IMG/VR virus record: IMGVR_UViG_3300005529_000003
Coordinates: 1-64,000 of that record
Source: a virus
Direction: 5' to 3' (one strand)
DNA: 64,000 nt
In this document: positions 55,081 through 64,000 of the stretch, piece by piece
Layout of the letters: each line of letters starts with the position of its first letter
Numbering within the stretch: position 1 is the first letter of the stretch
Program-made: the position numbers and the translations under genes
Notes under the pieces: generated by a model
Database searches by the model: none
What the model was told of the DNA's origin: nothing
Seen by the model: only the letters and a program-made list of their open reading frames with translations

Positions 55081-56505
55081 ATGTCCGCAGATAACAAGAC
55101 TCCTTCCGTTACTGACTCGCTTGCTCAGAAGGTCGAGTCGCTGGCCGATTCGCAGAAGAAGACCGTTGAGGTCCTCGAGAAACTCGTCGAGAAGACATCC
55201 TCGAATGCCGAGCAGAACCGCAAGTCGCTCTTCGGTGGCGGCGCTCCTAACGTCCGCACTGGCGAGAGCGCTCTAACGAGTCGCGGCTTCAGCTACATGA
55301 AGCTGCTCCAGGCGATGTCGAAGATCGTTCCTTATGAGGACGCGAAGGTCGAGATCGACCTCCACAATCGCCTCCAGAAGCTGTACGTCGATAAGTTCGG
55401 CTACCAGAAGGCCGAGACGAACTCGATCCTCGTCCCCATGTCCTCGTCCTTCCTGGCGATCAGTTGCCCGGAAGAGCGGCAGTTCAGCGAGGAAGTCGGC
55501 CAGGTCGTCAAGGCCGGTCTGCACGGGCTCGACTGGCATGAGTACGTCGCTCTTCGCAAGACGCTGTCGTGGACGGACGAGTCTGCTCTCGGTTCGTTCG
55601 TCGCCCCGCCGATCCAGGGCGAACTGATCGAGCTGTTCCGCAACCGTGAAGTCTTCATGCGGGCGGGGGCTCGTGCGATGCCGATGCCGCCCAACGGCCG
55701 CATTGTCTTCCCCCGTCACACCGGGCCGTCGAGTGCCTACTTCATCGGCGAGAACACGTCGATCACCACGAGCGAGCAGACCTCCGGCGATCTGACCCTC
55801 CAGGCGAAGAAACTCGCCGCCCGCGTCACCGTCCCCAACGAGCTGTTCCGCTTTAGCTCCGTCAGCATGGAGATGTTCCTCCGCGACGATATCGCGAAGG
55901 TCTGCTCCCTGAAGCTCGATAGCGCCCTGCTCCAGGGCGTCGGCAGCACGGTCGCTCCCAAGGGCCTCATCAACTACTCCGGCATCAATACCCACACCGC
56001 TCTTACTGTTGGCGCGAACGGCAACACCTTCCAGCCGGAAGACGTCGCCACGATGATCTCGAAGGTCGAGGAGCAGAACGCCGTCTTCAAGGGCTTCGTG
56101 ATGCGCCCGCAGCTTTGGGGTGGGATCGTCAACCGCCGATCGGACGCTGTCAACGCGGGCGATTCGAAGGGGCCATTCGTTTTCAACTACCTGCGTGGCT
56201 ACGAGCAGAGTCAGAAGCTCGAGAATGGCACCGACGCCAACCTCTACGGCTACCCGGTGTGGAAGAGTACGAACATCTCCAACACCCGCTCGAAGGGGAG
56301 TGCCTCGAACCTGACCTACATCCTCGGCGGCGACTTCAACGACTACGTCCTCGCGATGAGTGCCGTCATGGAGTTCGCCATCAACACGCAGGGTGACACG
56401 GTCTTCGCCAACGACCAGACGCAGATCCGCGCCATCATGATGTGTGACGGCGGGCCTCGCCACGAGGCTTCGTTCATCCTCTGCGATAACCTGCTGAACG
56501 CCTAA
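55081..56505 (+). CDS. Major capsid protein (HK97 fold)
   Basis: GSFVAPP, IELFR, LQAKKLAARVTVPNELF, LQGVG..PKGL, LYGYPV. Confidence 0.9.
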   Translation: MSADNKTPSVTDSLAQKVESLADSQKKTVEVLEKLVEKTSSNAEQNRKSLFGGGAPNVRTGESALTSRGFSYMKLLQAMSKIVPYEDAKVEIDLHNRLQKLYVDKFGYQKAETNSILVPMSSSFLAISCPEERQFSEEVGQVVKAGLHGLDWHEYVALRKTLSWTDESALGSFVAPPIQGELIELFRNREVFMRAGARAMPMPPNGRIVFPRHTGPSSAYFIGENTSITTSEQTSGDLTLQAKKLAARVTVPNELFRFSSVSMEMFLRDDIAKVCSLKLDSALLQGVGSTVAPKGLINYSGINTHTALTVGANGNTFQPEDVATMISKVEEQNAVFKGFVMRPQLWGGIVNRRSDAVNAGDSKGPFVFNYLRGYEQSQKLENGTDANLYGYPVWKSTNISNTRSKGSASNLTYILGGDFNDYVLAMSAVMEFAINTQGDTVFANDQTQIRAIMMCDGGPRHEASFILCDNLLNA

Positions 56506-56553
56506 GCAGTCAGCTTTTTCTAACAAACTCACTTATCTCGGAGAAAGCTGATA

Positions 56554-57219
56554 ATGGCAGATCTCTCTAAACTTCAGACGGACGGTGGGCAGAAGACCGC
56601 CGCCGTTGCCGCGGGCTCTGGTGCTGCCGACGTCGTCGTCAGCGCCAAGCCTGGCCGCATCAATCGTATCGTCATCACCACCGCAGGGACGGCCTCTCTC
56701 GAACTCTACGACCACGCTTCCGCCACGGCGGGTGCGAAGCTCGTATGGAAGAGTGGGGCTACGCCGGCTGTTGATACCGACAACAAGACGCTGGACATCC
56801 CTGTCGCCAACGGCATCGTCGCCCTTCAAGCAAGCGGAACGGCCGCTGTCACGATCTACTTCACGGAGGACGAGGTCGCTGGCACTGGCGAGTCGGCCGA
56901 CAAATCTCACCCCGTCGCTCTTGGCGGACACTACACGTCCTACCACGCCGCCGGGAGTTCCGGAGCGGGTGCTGCTCTTGCCGAGCAGGGTCGTCTCTGC
57001 CGACTTGTCGTCCTCTCGTCTGGCTCCGCCGCGACGGTGATCTACGACAACGACGACGCTGCTTCAGGGACGAAGGTCTTCACGCTGAAGGCCAACCCGA
57101 CCGTCGGTGCGGTCTACGACATCCAGGCCCCCTGTGCGGCCGGCATCTACGTCGCCGGCGCGACGAACACTTCTGCCCTCCTCATCACTTACTCGAAGAA
57201 CGCAGCCAACGGTCGGTAA
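56554..57219 (+). CDS. Putative head decoration protein with two internal repeats
   Basis: GRINRIVI...LYD versus GRLCRLVV...IYD. Confidence 0.55.
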   Translation: MADLSKLQTDGGQKTAAVAAGSGAADVVVSAKPGRINRIVITTAGTASLELYDHASATAGAKLVWKSGATPAVDTDNKTLDIPVANGIVALQASGTAAVTIYFTEDEVAGTGESADKSHPVALGGHYTSYHAAGSSGAGAALAEQGRLCRLVVLSSGSAATVIYDNDDAASGTKVFTLKANPTVGAVYDIQAPCAAGIYVAGATNTSALLITYSKNAANGR

Positions 57220-57265
57220 ACCGCTAACTTTTCTCGAAGATACTAAACACAAGAAAGATACATAA

Positions 57266-57706
57266 ATGAGCGCGACGTTTTTAGTTGACCTCGCCCACAC
57301 GCTCGAGGGCGACGTCTCCATTGCTCCGCAGAACTACTCCACGGCGGGCACGAAGACTGGCAGCTTTGTTGATCTCCTCGGCTCCGACGGCCCGGTTCAT
57401 GCTTTCGTCATGACGGGGGATTGCGGCGATGCCGACACGAGCTTCTATGTGAAGCTTCAGGAGTCCGTTGATGGAACGAACGACATCACAGATGTCGCCG
57501 ACTCTACCTCCTCGACTTACTCGGGAGCGAGCGGCATGGACAACCTTCTCTTTGCCGTCTCCACGAACAAGCGTACCAAGCGTTACGTTCGGGCTGCTGT
57601 CGTGATCGCGACGTCCGGTACGGCTGATGTGGATATTGCCGTTGGCGTCTTCGGTCGGAAGAAGATTGCTGGCAGCGGTGCCGGAACTTACACGACTGTT
57701 TCGTAA
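57266..57706 (+). CDS. Putative head decoration/structural protein
   Basis: VKLQESVDG...DV, KRYVRA; follows the capsid gene. Confidence 0.55.
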   Translation: MSATFLVDLAHTLEGDVSIAPQNYSTAGTKTGSFVDLLGSDGPVHAFVMTGDCGDADTSFYVKLQESVDGTNDITDVADSTSSTYSGASGMDNLLFAVSTNKRTKRYVRAAVVIATSGTADVDIAVGVFGRKKIAGSGAGTYTTVS

Positions 57707-57863
57707 CGAAGTCACTTCCACGCGAGTATTCTAGAACTCGCAAGTCACTTCCCCTTCGAAACCCTCGCGACCGACTTCATTTCTTACTCGTAAACTTCTC
57801 ACCAATCCTCTCTCCTTCAAGTTTTACGAGTAGACAAGTCGGTCGCGGGGGTTCATCTCTTTC

Positions 57864-58526
57864 ATGGCTCTGACAACGCTCCTGAAGATGAAGTCCTTCC
57901 TGGGTATCACGTCCACGACGCAGGATACTCAGCTCGATGCTCTTCGTGCGGCTGCGGAGCAAGCCATCAAGACGGAACTCGATCGCGACCTTGAAGCAAA
58001 CCCCCTGACGGAGTACTATTCGGGCACAGGCACTCGCGTTCTCTGCCTTCGGGAAACTCCCGTCGCCTCCATATCCTCGATTCATATCGACTTCTCAGGT
58101 TACTACGGACAGAACACCGACAGCAATTTCCCCTCTTCAACTCTCCTCACTGCTGGCAAGGACTACGCACTCAGGATCGATCGTGGCGGCATGAGTTACT
58201 CGGGCATCGTCGAGCGAATTGGCACGGTGTGGTCGGAACTCAACCGCTCGTACACGCAGGCCCACGTCACGCAGGAAGTTGCTCCAGCTATCGGCAACAT
58301 CAAGGTCAGTTACACGGCAGGCTTCACGACGATTCCCGAAGACATTCAGTACTGTGTCGCCCTCGTCGTTCGCAGGATGCAGCAGAACGCTCAGTACGGT
58401 TACTTCCTTGCGTCCGAGAAGCTCCGCGACTACACCTATCACCTCCTTCCACTTGCCAAGAAGGCGATTAGCGAGGTTGGCTCTGTGGAGCGAACGCTTC
58501 GTGTGTACAAGAAGGTGCCGTGGTAA
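57864..58526 (+). CDS. Head-tail adaptor
   Basis: LTTLLKMKSFLGI, PVASISSI, IKVSYTAGF..IPEDI, SEKLRDYTY. Confidence 0.8.
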   Translation: MALTTLLKMKSFLGITSTTQDTQLDALRAAAEQAIKTELDRDLEANPLTEYYSGTGTRVLCLRETPVASISSIHIDFSGYYGQNTDSNFPSSTLLTAGKDYALRIDRGGMSYSGIVERIGTVWSELNRSYTQAHVTQEVAPAIGNIKVSYTAGFTTIPEDIQYCVALVVRRMQQNAQYGYFLASEKLRDYTYHLLPLAKKAISEVGSVERTLRVYKKVPW

Positions 58527-59347
58527 TGTCTTCACAAAGACTCTTTCTTGAAGCCGTCAGTGTTTGCATCGGTTACGGCGACTTCCTGTCGGTCACACTA
58601 CCGAAGAATCAGCCGATTTTTGATCACCTTGTCATCGTGACCTCGCCAGAAGACGAGGAGACACGCGAGGTTTGTCGCAAGCACAGCGTTCGCTGTTTAT
58701 TGACAAACGACCACAAGAAGAACGACGACGTCTTCAATAAAGGCCGGTGTATTCAGCGAGGGCTTGATCAGCTCTCTTACGGAGGCTGGGTCGTTCACAT
58801 GGATGCCGACATTGTTCTTCCAGAGAGAACCAGGAAGGTACTTGAGTGGGCGGATCTCGAGGAGGACTGCATTTATGGATGTGATCGCGGCATGGTGAAG
58901 TCCTGGGATCACTGGCAGCGCGTCCTGGCGAGCGGTTGGCTGACGCATGACTACCACTGCCGTGTGAACCCTCCCCCCGACACGGCCATTGGTACGAGGT
59001 GGGCTTCCCCCGAACACGGCTACGTCCCGATCGGCTTCTTTCAGCTCTGGCACGGGCCTTCTTCCCTCTATCGCGGTACTCACGCCCGCCCTTACCCACA
59101 GCACCACCAGGACGCCGCCCGCGGTGACGTTCAGCACGCCCTTCAGTGGGATCGTTGCAAGCGAGTTCTACTCCCCGAGCTGATCGTCCTCCACCTGGAG
59201 AGCGAGCCTGCAAAGCTTGGAGCGAACTGGAAGGGAAGAACAACTGCGCGTTTCGTTCCAGGCGGGCCTGTAAGACGTCCAACTCCTTCTCCTTCTTCTC
59301 CTCCTTCTCCTCCTCCTCTTCCTCCTGTTGACGTACGAGTGTCCTAA
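58520..59347 (+). CDS. GT-A fold glycosyltransferase-like protein
   Basis: IVTSPED, FNKGR, WVVHMDADIVLP (DxD), GFFQLW, VLHL. Confidence 0.7.
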   Translation: MVMSSQRLFLEAVSVCIGYGDFLSVTLPKNQPIFDHLVIVTSPEDEETREVCRKHSVRCLLTNDHKKNDDVFNKGRCIQRGLDQLSYGGWVVHMDADIVLPERTRKVLEWADLEEDCIYGCDRGMVKSWDHWQRVLASGWLTHDYHCRVNPPPDTAIGTRWASPEHGYVPIGFFQLWHGPSSLYRGTHARPYPQHHQDAARGDVQHALQWDRCKRVLLPELIVLHLESEPAKLGANWKGRTTARFVPGGPVRRPTPSPSSPPSPPPLPPVDVRVS

Positions 59348-59349
59348 CG

Positions 59350-59730
59350 ATGGCTTCCACACCCGCTTCACACGGCTCCAACAGGACAATCGAGCAAACG
59401 GCCGTCCGCCTTACCGCTGCGGATCTGCCGAATGATTACGAACTTGAACTGAAGGCCGCTGCTGGCAACGGCGGAATCATCTACGTCGGCCTCGGTAACA
59501 CAGTCACGGCTGGGAGCGATGCTGGCTTTGACGGCTTCCCTCTTTCTGCCAATCAGTCCTTGAGTATTCCGAAGGCGCTGGTGGCTCTCACCTCTGACGT
59601 GTGGCTTATCGGCTCTGCCGGCACTCAGGTCGTTTACTGGATGCTCCATAACCAAGTCACTCCCGAACGCCTTGCCTGGGCACTCGACTTCTCTTCGCCT
59701 GGCACTTCGGGCTATCTTCCTCTCCTTTAA
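59350..59730 (+). CDS. Putative virion protein
   Basis: KAAAGNGGIIYVG...GFPL; beta-rich. Confidence 0.5.
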   Translation: MASTPASHGSNRTIEQTAVRLTAADLPNDYELELKAAAGNGGIIYVGLGNTVTAGSDAGFDGFPLSANQSLSIPKALVALTSDVWLIGSAGTQVVYWMLHNQVTPERLAWALDFSSPGTSGYLPLL

Positions 59731-59753
59731 GAATTAAGAATACGAGAACATAA

Positions 59754-60770
59754 ATGGCGAACATTCCTGTCAAGGATGCCCTTGGCGCAACGGATTATCT
59801 GAAGTCTTCTGGTGCAGGCTCGGATGGCGATCCCTTCATCCCGCAGAACACAACCACGCTTCTTGCTGGTTCTGCGGCGGTCGGTACTGTCGGCGTCACC
59901 AGCGTTGTAACTGGCGTTGCTGCGACCTCTCTTGGTAAGGCTGAAGACGCTGCTCACAGTTCGGGCGATGTTGGTGTCATGATGCTCGCCGTGCGCGAGG
60001 CATCTGCTACCGATCTTTCCGCAGGGAACACGGACGGAGATTATGAACCCCTTCAGGTCGATGCGAGCGGCCGTCTGTGGGTTAACGCGGGTGCCGTCAC
60101 CCCAGGTACTTCTGCTGCTAATCTTGGCAAGGCAGAGGACGCTGCGCATTCGAGCGGTGATACGGGCGTCATGATGCTTGCCGTTCGGGAAGCCACGGCT
60201 ACAGATCTCTCTGCCGGTAATAGTGACGGTGATTATGAGCCACTCCAGGTGGACGCCAGCGGGCGACTCTGGACGCACGCTGGCGTTATCGACGCAGGCG
60301 AGACGCATGTCAGCGACCCCCGCGACGTTATTTCCGTCACACCGACCGTCAGTGCTTCTTCTGCCTACACTGCTGGTGATGCTGTCGGTGGCAAGCAAAC
60401 CCTCACTTCCGCGGCTCGCGTCAGCGGCGGCAAGCCAATGCTTGAATCGTTGACGATTATCGACAAGGGCAATCAGAAGGCTGCCCTGACGATCCTCTTC
60501 TTCGACGCCGACCCTTCCGCCGCGACGATCACGGACAACTCCGCCTTCGCCTGGAGTACCGACATCGCGAAGTTCGTCGGCAAGATTGATGTCGTCACGG
60601 GCGACTACCAGACGATCGACTCAAAAGCTGTCGCGACGATTGAGAACCTTGGACTCATCCTGAAGGCGAACGGCTCCGCCAACCTCTACGCTGCGGTTCT
60701 GACGACTGGCACGCCGACTTACGCTTCTACGAGCGACTTGATCTTCCGCTACGCCTTCCTCCAGAACTAA
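59754..60770 (+). CDS. Putative virion fibre/decoration protein with a 64-aa tandem repeat
   Basis: LGKAEDAAHSSGD.GVMMLAVREA.ATDLSAGN.DGDYEPLQVDASGRLW occurs twice. Confidence 0.65.
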   Translation: MANIPVKDALGATDYLKSSGAGSDGDPFIPQNTTTLLAGSAAVGTVGVTSVVTGVAATSLGKAEDAAHSSGDVGVMMLAVREASATDLSAGNTDGDYEPLQVDASGRLWVNAGAVTPGTSAANLGKAEDAAHSSGDTGVMMLAVREATATDLSAGNSDGDYEPLQVDASGRLWTHAGVIDAGETHVSDPRDVISVTPTVSASSAYTAGDAVGGKQTLTSAARVSGGKPMLESLTIIDKGNQKAALTILFFDADPSAATITDNSAFAWSTDIAKFVGKIDVVTGDYQTIDSKAVATIENLGLILKANGSANLYAAVLTTGTPTYASTSDLIFRYAFLQN

Positions 60771-60787
60771 TTTTCTTTGTCGTTGTC

Positions 60788-61144
60788 GTGGCGATGACCA
60801 ACCTCCGAAACTTCACTCTCCAGACTGTCCTCGTGCAACGTCCGCGTTACACGAAGGACGATTCGGGGGCAGGCCGGCAGCAGTTTTTCCAGGTTAGTGC
60901 GAGTGAGATTCCCTGTTCGATTCAGCCGGCGGGCGGCGGTACGAGTTACTTCTTCGGGGAAAGGCAGACGACGAACGAGTTCTTCGTCTACTTCGACACC
61001 GATCCAGGAATTCAACGCGGCGACCGCTTGCAAGACCAGGACGGGATTTACTACTCAGTGACAAACTGGGAGAACATTGCCGGCCGCTCTCAAATCTGGG
61101 TCGCGCGCGCGACTCAACTCAACGCCTCCTCTCCTCTTACTTGA
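60788..61144 (+). CDS. Head closure (stopper) protein
   Basis: IPCSIQP, IQRGDRL, YYSV; position in the module. Confidence 0.65.
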   Translation: MAMTNLRNFTLQTVLVQRPRYTKDDSGAGRQQFFQVSASEIPCSIQPAGGGTSYFFGERQTTNEFFVYFDTDPGIQRGDRLQDQDGIYYSVTNWENIAGRSQIWVARATQLNASSPLT

Positions 61145-61152
61145 TTCAGTAA

Positions 61153-61851
61153 ATGCCTTCTTACCTCACACAACCCGGACTTAGCCTCGCGAGGACGTCG
61201 AACACGTCCTTTTCGGCTTCCATCTCCGGTGATGGGGGGAATACGCACCGGCTCTTTTACCGCAAGATTGGCGACTTGCTCGACACGACAGGGCCTACTC
61301 TTGTCGGGAGCGGGTCTGTCAACGTCCTCGGGCTAACGAGTCAGGGGCAATATCTCGCCTATGTCGTCGCGGATGACGGCATCTCCTCTTACTCCAGGCC
61401 GACATTCAAGGCCGTCTCACTCGCTGCGACAGACTCGCTTACCGGAGCGATGATCGCGAGATTCGACGCCAACCCGATCACTGTCGAGATGATCACGGGG
61501 GGCATGTGGGCAGGCGAAGTTCCTGAGCATGTCGAGCCTCCCTACTGTCACATCGAGCAGTCTGTCGCCACCACGCTCCCGAACTTCGTCGATGAGATAG
61601 AGTTCTCTCGGGTGCTGGTGCAGGTCTTTGCTCTGGGTTACGACAACTGTTACAAGGCAGTCCGGCAACTCAAGTCCACTTACGACTATCAGTCCCTCAC
61701 CTTCTCTTCCTTCGCCGGCACTGTCGGCATCTGGCCTCTTAGCTGGCGAGTCTATAACGAACGCCGCCGCTGGCGAGACAACGAGGTCATTCACCGCGGC
61801 GTCCTCACATGGCGCGTCGGGGCTGAAAAGCCGCGAGCTTCTAACGCTTAA
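61153..61851 (+). CDS. Tail terminator-like protein with an N-terminal Ig/FN3-like extension
   Basis: VPEHVEPPY, VQVFA; position in the module. Confidence 0.55.
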   Translation: MPSYLTQPGLSLARTSNTSFSASISGDGGNTHRLFYRKIGDLLDTTGPTLVGSGSVNVLGLTSQGQYLAYVVADDGISSYSRPTFKAVSLAATDSLTGAMIARFDANPITVEMITGGMWAGEVPEHVEPPYCHIEQSVATTLPNFVDEIEFSRVLVQVFALGYDNCYKAVRQLKSTYDYQSLTFSSFAGTVGIWPLSWRVYNERRRWRDNEVIHRGVLTWRVGAEKPRASNA

Positions 61852-61927
61852 CACGCTTAAATCACTTCTTTCTTTCGATCCCTTCTTCGATCACTTCTTC
61901 GTTTAACGAAAGACAAATACACTTCTC

Positions 61928-62449
61928 ATGGCAACCACGCTCACCGTCCCCCAGATCAGTGCGGGCATCCGCTGGACCTTCTCGCAGACTCAGACGTGGG
62001 GTGACGCCACCTCGCAGTCCTCGGCCTTTAACTTCAACGACACCCTCGCCGACGGTACGGGTGCCGACCAGGCGAACCGCCTCTACGTCCTCCAGTCCAC
62101 GATCGCTGGCGGGGCGACTCTCACCCTTGACCTCGCCGCCTCACTCACGGACGTCTTCGGGTCGAGCATCACGTTCGCCCGCGTCAAGACGTTCTACTTC
62201 GAGCTGACGTCCGACACCTCCTCTTCGAGCGTGACGCTTGGTAACTCCGGTACTGCTCCCGCTCCGCTGTGGTTCGGTGCTGACGACCAGACGATCACCA
62301 TCAAGAACGGTGGGTGTTTCCTCATTCACGCTCCGGGCGCGACGGCCTACCCCGTGACCGCGACGACGGCGGACAAACTCCTGCTCACGAACGACGACGG
62401 CTCGAACGTCGCGACGATCAAGATCGTCATCATCGGCGTGTCGGTGTAA
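61928..62449 (+). CDS. Putative structural protein
   Basis: LDLAASLTDVFG..ITFARVK; Thr-rich. Confidence 0.55.
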   Translation: MATTLTVPQISAGIRWTFSQTQTWGDATSQSSAFNFNDTLADGTGADQANRLYVLQSTIAGGATLTLDLAASLTDVFGSSITFARVKTFYFELTSDTSSSSVTLGNSGTAPAPLWFGADDQTITIKNGGCFLIHAPGATAYPVTATTADKLLLTNDDGSNVATIKIVIIGVSV

Positions 62450-62503
62450 TCCCTTCTCTCCGCTTCGCTCCACTTCAAATCGCACTTCTTTCGAGTCTCA
62501 TAA

Positions 62504-62974
62504 ATGCCTGCATTTGCTGCTTATAATTGTCGAGTGACGTTCGGCGGTGTCGCGCTCCACGCTAATTCCGTGACCATCAACGTCAAGAGCGACATCCAGG
62601 ACGTCACGAGTTTCTCCCAGAACATCGGGACGCCCGTTGCGATCCCCACATTCCCTACGGCTGTTGCGGTTGGCGCTGCGGCCGGCTCCAACGGCTACGG
62701 CAACTACGTCCAGGGCGTCATCGACGCTGACGTGACTCTCGACGCCTTCTGGTTCTCGGATGACAACCCCTACCTCGCCGTGGGTTTCAACATCAACCCC
62801 GGCGTGGTCGTGGGGCCTGTCGTTATCCTCCTCGACTCCGTCAACGTCAACAAGTCGTGGTCCTTCTCGAAGATGATCGTCGAGAGCCTTGACCACATGG
62901 AAGCCGTCCGCGAGACGATCCGCTTCACCGCCCGCCTCAAGAACTGCGGCACGCTCCTCGTGGCACCCGTGTAA
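62504..62974 (+). CDS. Tail tube-like protein 1
   Basis: SVTINVKSDIQDVTSF...YVQG. Confidence 0.55.
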   Translation: MPAFAAYNCRVTFGGVALHANSVTINVKSDIQDVTSFSQNIGTPVAIPTFPTAVAVGAAAGSNGYGNYVQGVIDADVTLDAFWFSDDNPYLAVGFNINPGVVVGPVVILLDSVNVNKSWSFSKMIVESLDHMEAVRETIRFTARLKNCGTLLVAPV

Positions 62975-63003
62975 TCGGTCCTGTCTTTTCTTCCTTCTGA
63001 CTT

Positions 63004-63423
63004 TTGATGGCCTCCTTCAGCGGCTTTAACGGCGCGGTCACACTGAAAGGCGGGGCGATCTTCCTTCACGCGAAGGAATGGTCGCTCCGCCTTTTGGCTG
63101 ACGAGTTCGACGTCACGCACGCCCTCCCGCGTGGGGACGTGGACGCCGGCTTCATGAAGACGCTCACCACGCTTCAGGGGGCCGAGGGGGGCGTACGCGC
63201 CGTCTGGAACGACGACGACAACCCCTTCTTCACCGCAGAGGACGTGCGGCCTTCTTCCCGCGTGGAACTCGAGCTGTGGCTCTCCAGGAACCTCGCTCAG
63301 GGGTTCTTCCATTTCTACGCCTATATTACAGGTGCCGAGTCCTCCAACTCCGTCAGGGGAGTACCCGAGTTTTCCTTCACTTTCAAGTCTGACGGTTTCA
63401 TCTCTTACGCCCGCTCCAAGTAA
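63004..63423 (+). CDS. Tail tube-like protein 2
   Basis: SGFNGAV, EWSLRLLADEFDVT, FSFTFKSDG. Confidence 0.6.
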   Translation: MMASFSGFNGAVTLKGGAIFLHAKEWSLRLLADEFDVTHALPRGDVDAGFMKTLTTLQGAEGGVRAVWNDDDNPFFTAEDVRPSSRVELELWLSRNLAQGFFHFYAYITGAESSNSVRGVPEFSFTFKSDGFISYARSK

Positions 63424-63456
63424 CTACTTCTTTCATTTCCAGAGATACCGAAACAC

Positions 63457-63894
63457 ATGGGAGCAGTCTCCGCAGCGCTTGCAGAAGGCGCTGATTTCGT
63501 CTACGAGGACAAGACCTACAAGGTCCACCCTTGCACTTATGAAGTGCAAGCCGCGTTCGAGCGTTACCTCGAGGGTTACGCCATCGACACCTACTACAAA
63601 CTCTCACGGAAGATGAGTGTCGAGGACAGCGACAAGATGCTCGCACAACTCCACCGCGACATCTCGATGGGCTTTTACAGCTTCGGCAGCAAGGCGGTTC
63701 GCGAAGCTCTGGACAGCAAGGTCCACCTCCGCCACATGGTCTTTTTGATGCTCAAGAAGAACCACCCCGAAGTCACCGTGGAACTCGTGCGCGAGATGTT
63801 CGACGCGCAGGGAGATCGGTTGATGCTCAGCGTAAATCTGGCGAACGCCGACCCAAACCGCCAGAGCCCGGAAACGAAACAGCCGAACGGCTGA
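63457..63894 (+). CDS. Tail assembly chaperone
   Basis: Position after the tube genes; slippery site near the 3' end. Confidence 0.65.
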   Translation: MGAVSAALAEGADFVYEDKTYKVHPCTYEVQAAFERYLEGYAIDTYYKLSRKMSVEDSDKMLAQLHRDISMGFYSFGSKAVREALDSKVHLRHMVFLMLKKNHPEVTVELVREMFDAQGDRLMLSVNLANADPNRQSPETKQPNG

Positions 63895-64000
63895 GACGCT
63901 TAACCGGGCACCAGTTGCTCAACTTCAACTACGTCTGCGGCATCCTCGTCCGCGAGCCCTACTTCCTCTCCCTCGAACAGATCCGCAAACTGACTCCGTA
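63852..64000 (+). other. -1 frameshift site C CCA AAC and extended chaperone frame (runs off window)
   Basis: In-frame X XXY YYZ heptamer at 63852-63858; the -1 frame is open to the window end (...EPYFLSLEQIRKLTP). Confidence 0.75.

Noticed and set aside
55273-56532. 419-aa minus-strand ORF and similar long antisense ORFs (18564-19457, 48434-49267, 33177-33992)
   Set aside because: Shadows of strongly codon-biased genes on the opposite strand, with no motifs.

Overview
The whole window looks like part of a large temperate siphovirus-type phage in excised or virion form, since integrase, a tRNA-Lys-derived attP and excisionase lie internally with phage genes on both sides. Several gene families point to a Planctomycetota host, probably Gemmataceae-like (TIGR02996-like proteins, a LADALEDAGC-family protein, planctomycete-type RimI, CsrA); this is recognition from memory, not a database result. 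Layout: 1-21.6 kb (+) has the intein-containing PolA C-terminus, a cluster of tRNA-like RNAs with large structured insertions, nucleotide metabolism genes (NrdJ, ThyA, MazG, DUF5664), RuvC, PhoH and terminase. 21.5-44.6 kb (-) is an accessory arm. 45-47.5 kb is the lysogeny module. 51.5-64 kb (+) is HK97-type head and tail morphogenesis with a -1 frameshift in the tail chaperone. The strongest candidate for an undescribed system is an RNP module: a DUF2828 (Ro60/TROVE-like vWA) gene preceded by small RNAs that share a covarying 8-bp terminal stem plus an ACAGCA motif. Two of these RNAs contain circularly permuted, YrlA-like tRNA domains, and a N4BP2-like polynucleotide kinase and CsrA lie nearby. 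Other highlights are a family of about 10 TIGR02996-like proteins with variable middles, an HNH-AP2 endonuclease next to a synonymously recoded copy of the portal 5' end, and an attP carrying the 5' half of tRNA-Lys(UUU). All RNA structures were folded by eye and all protein calls rest on motif recognition.
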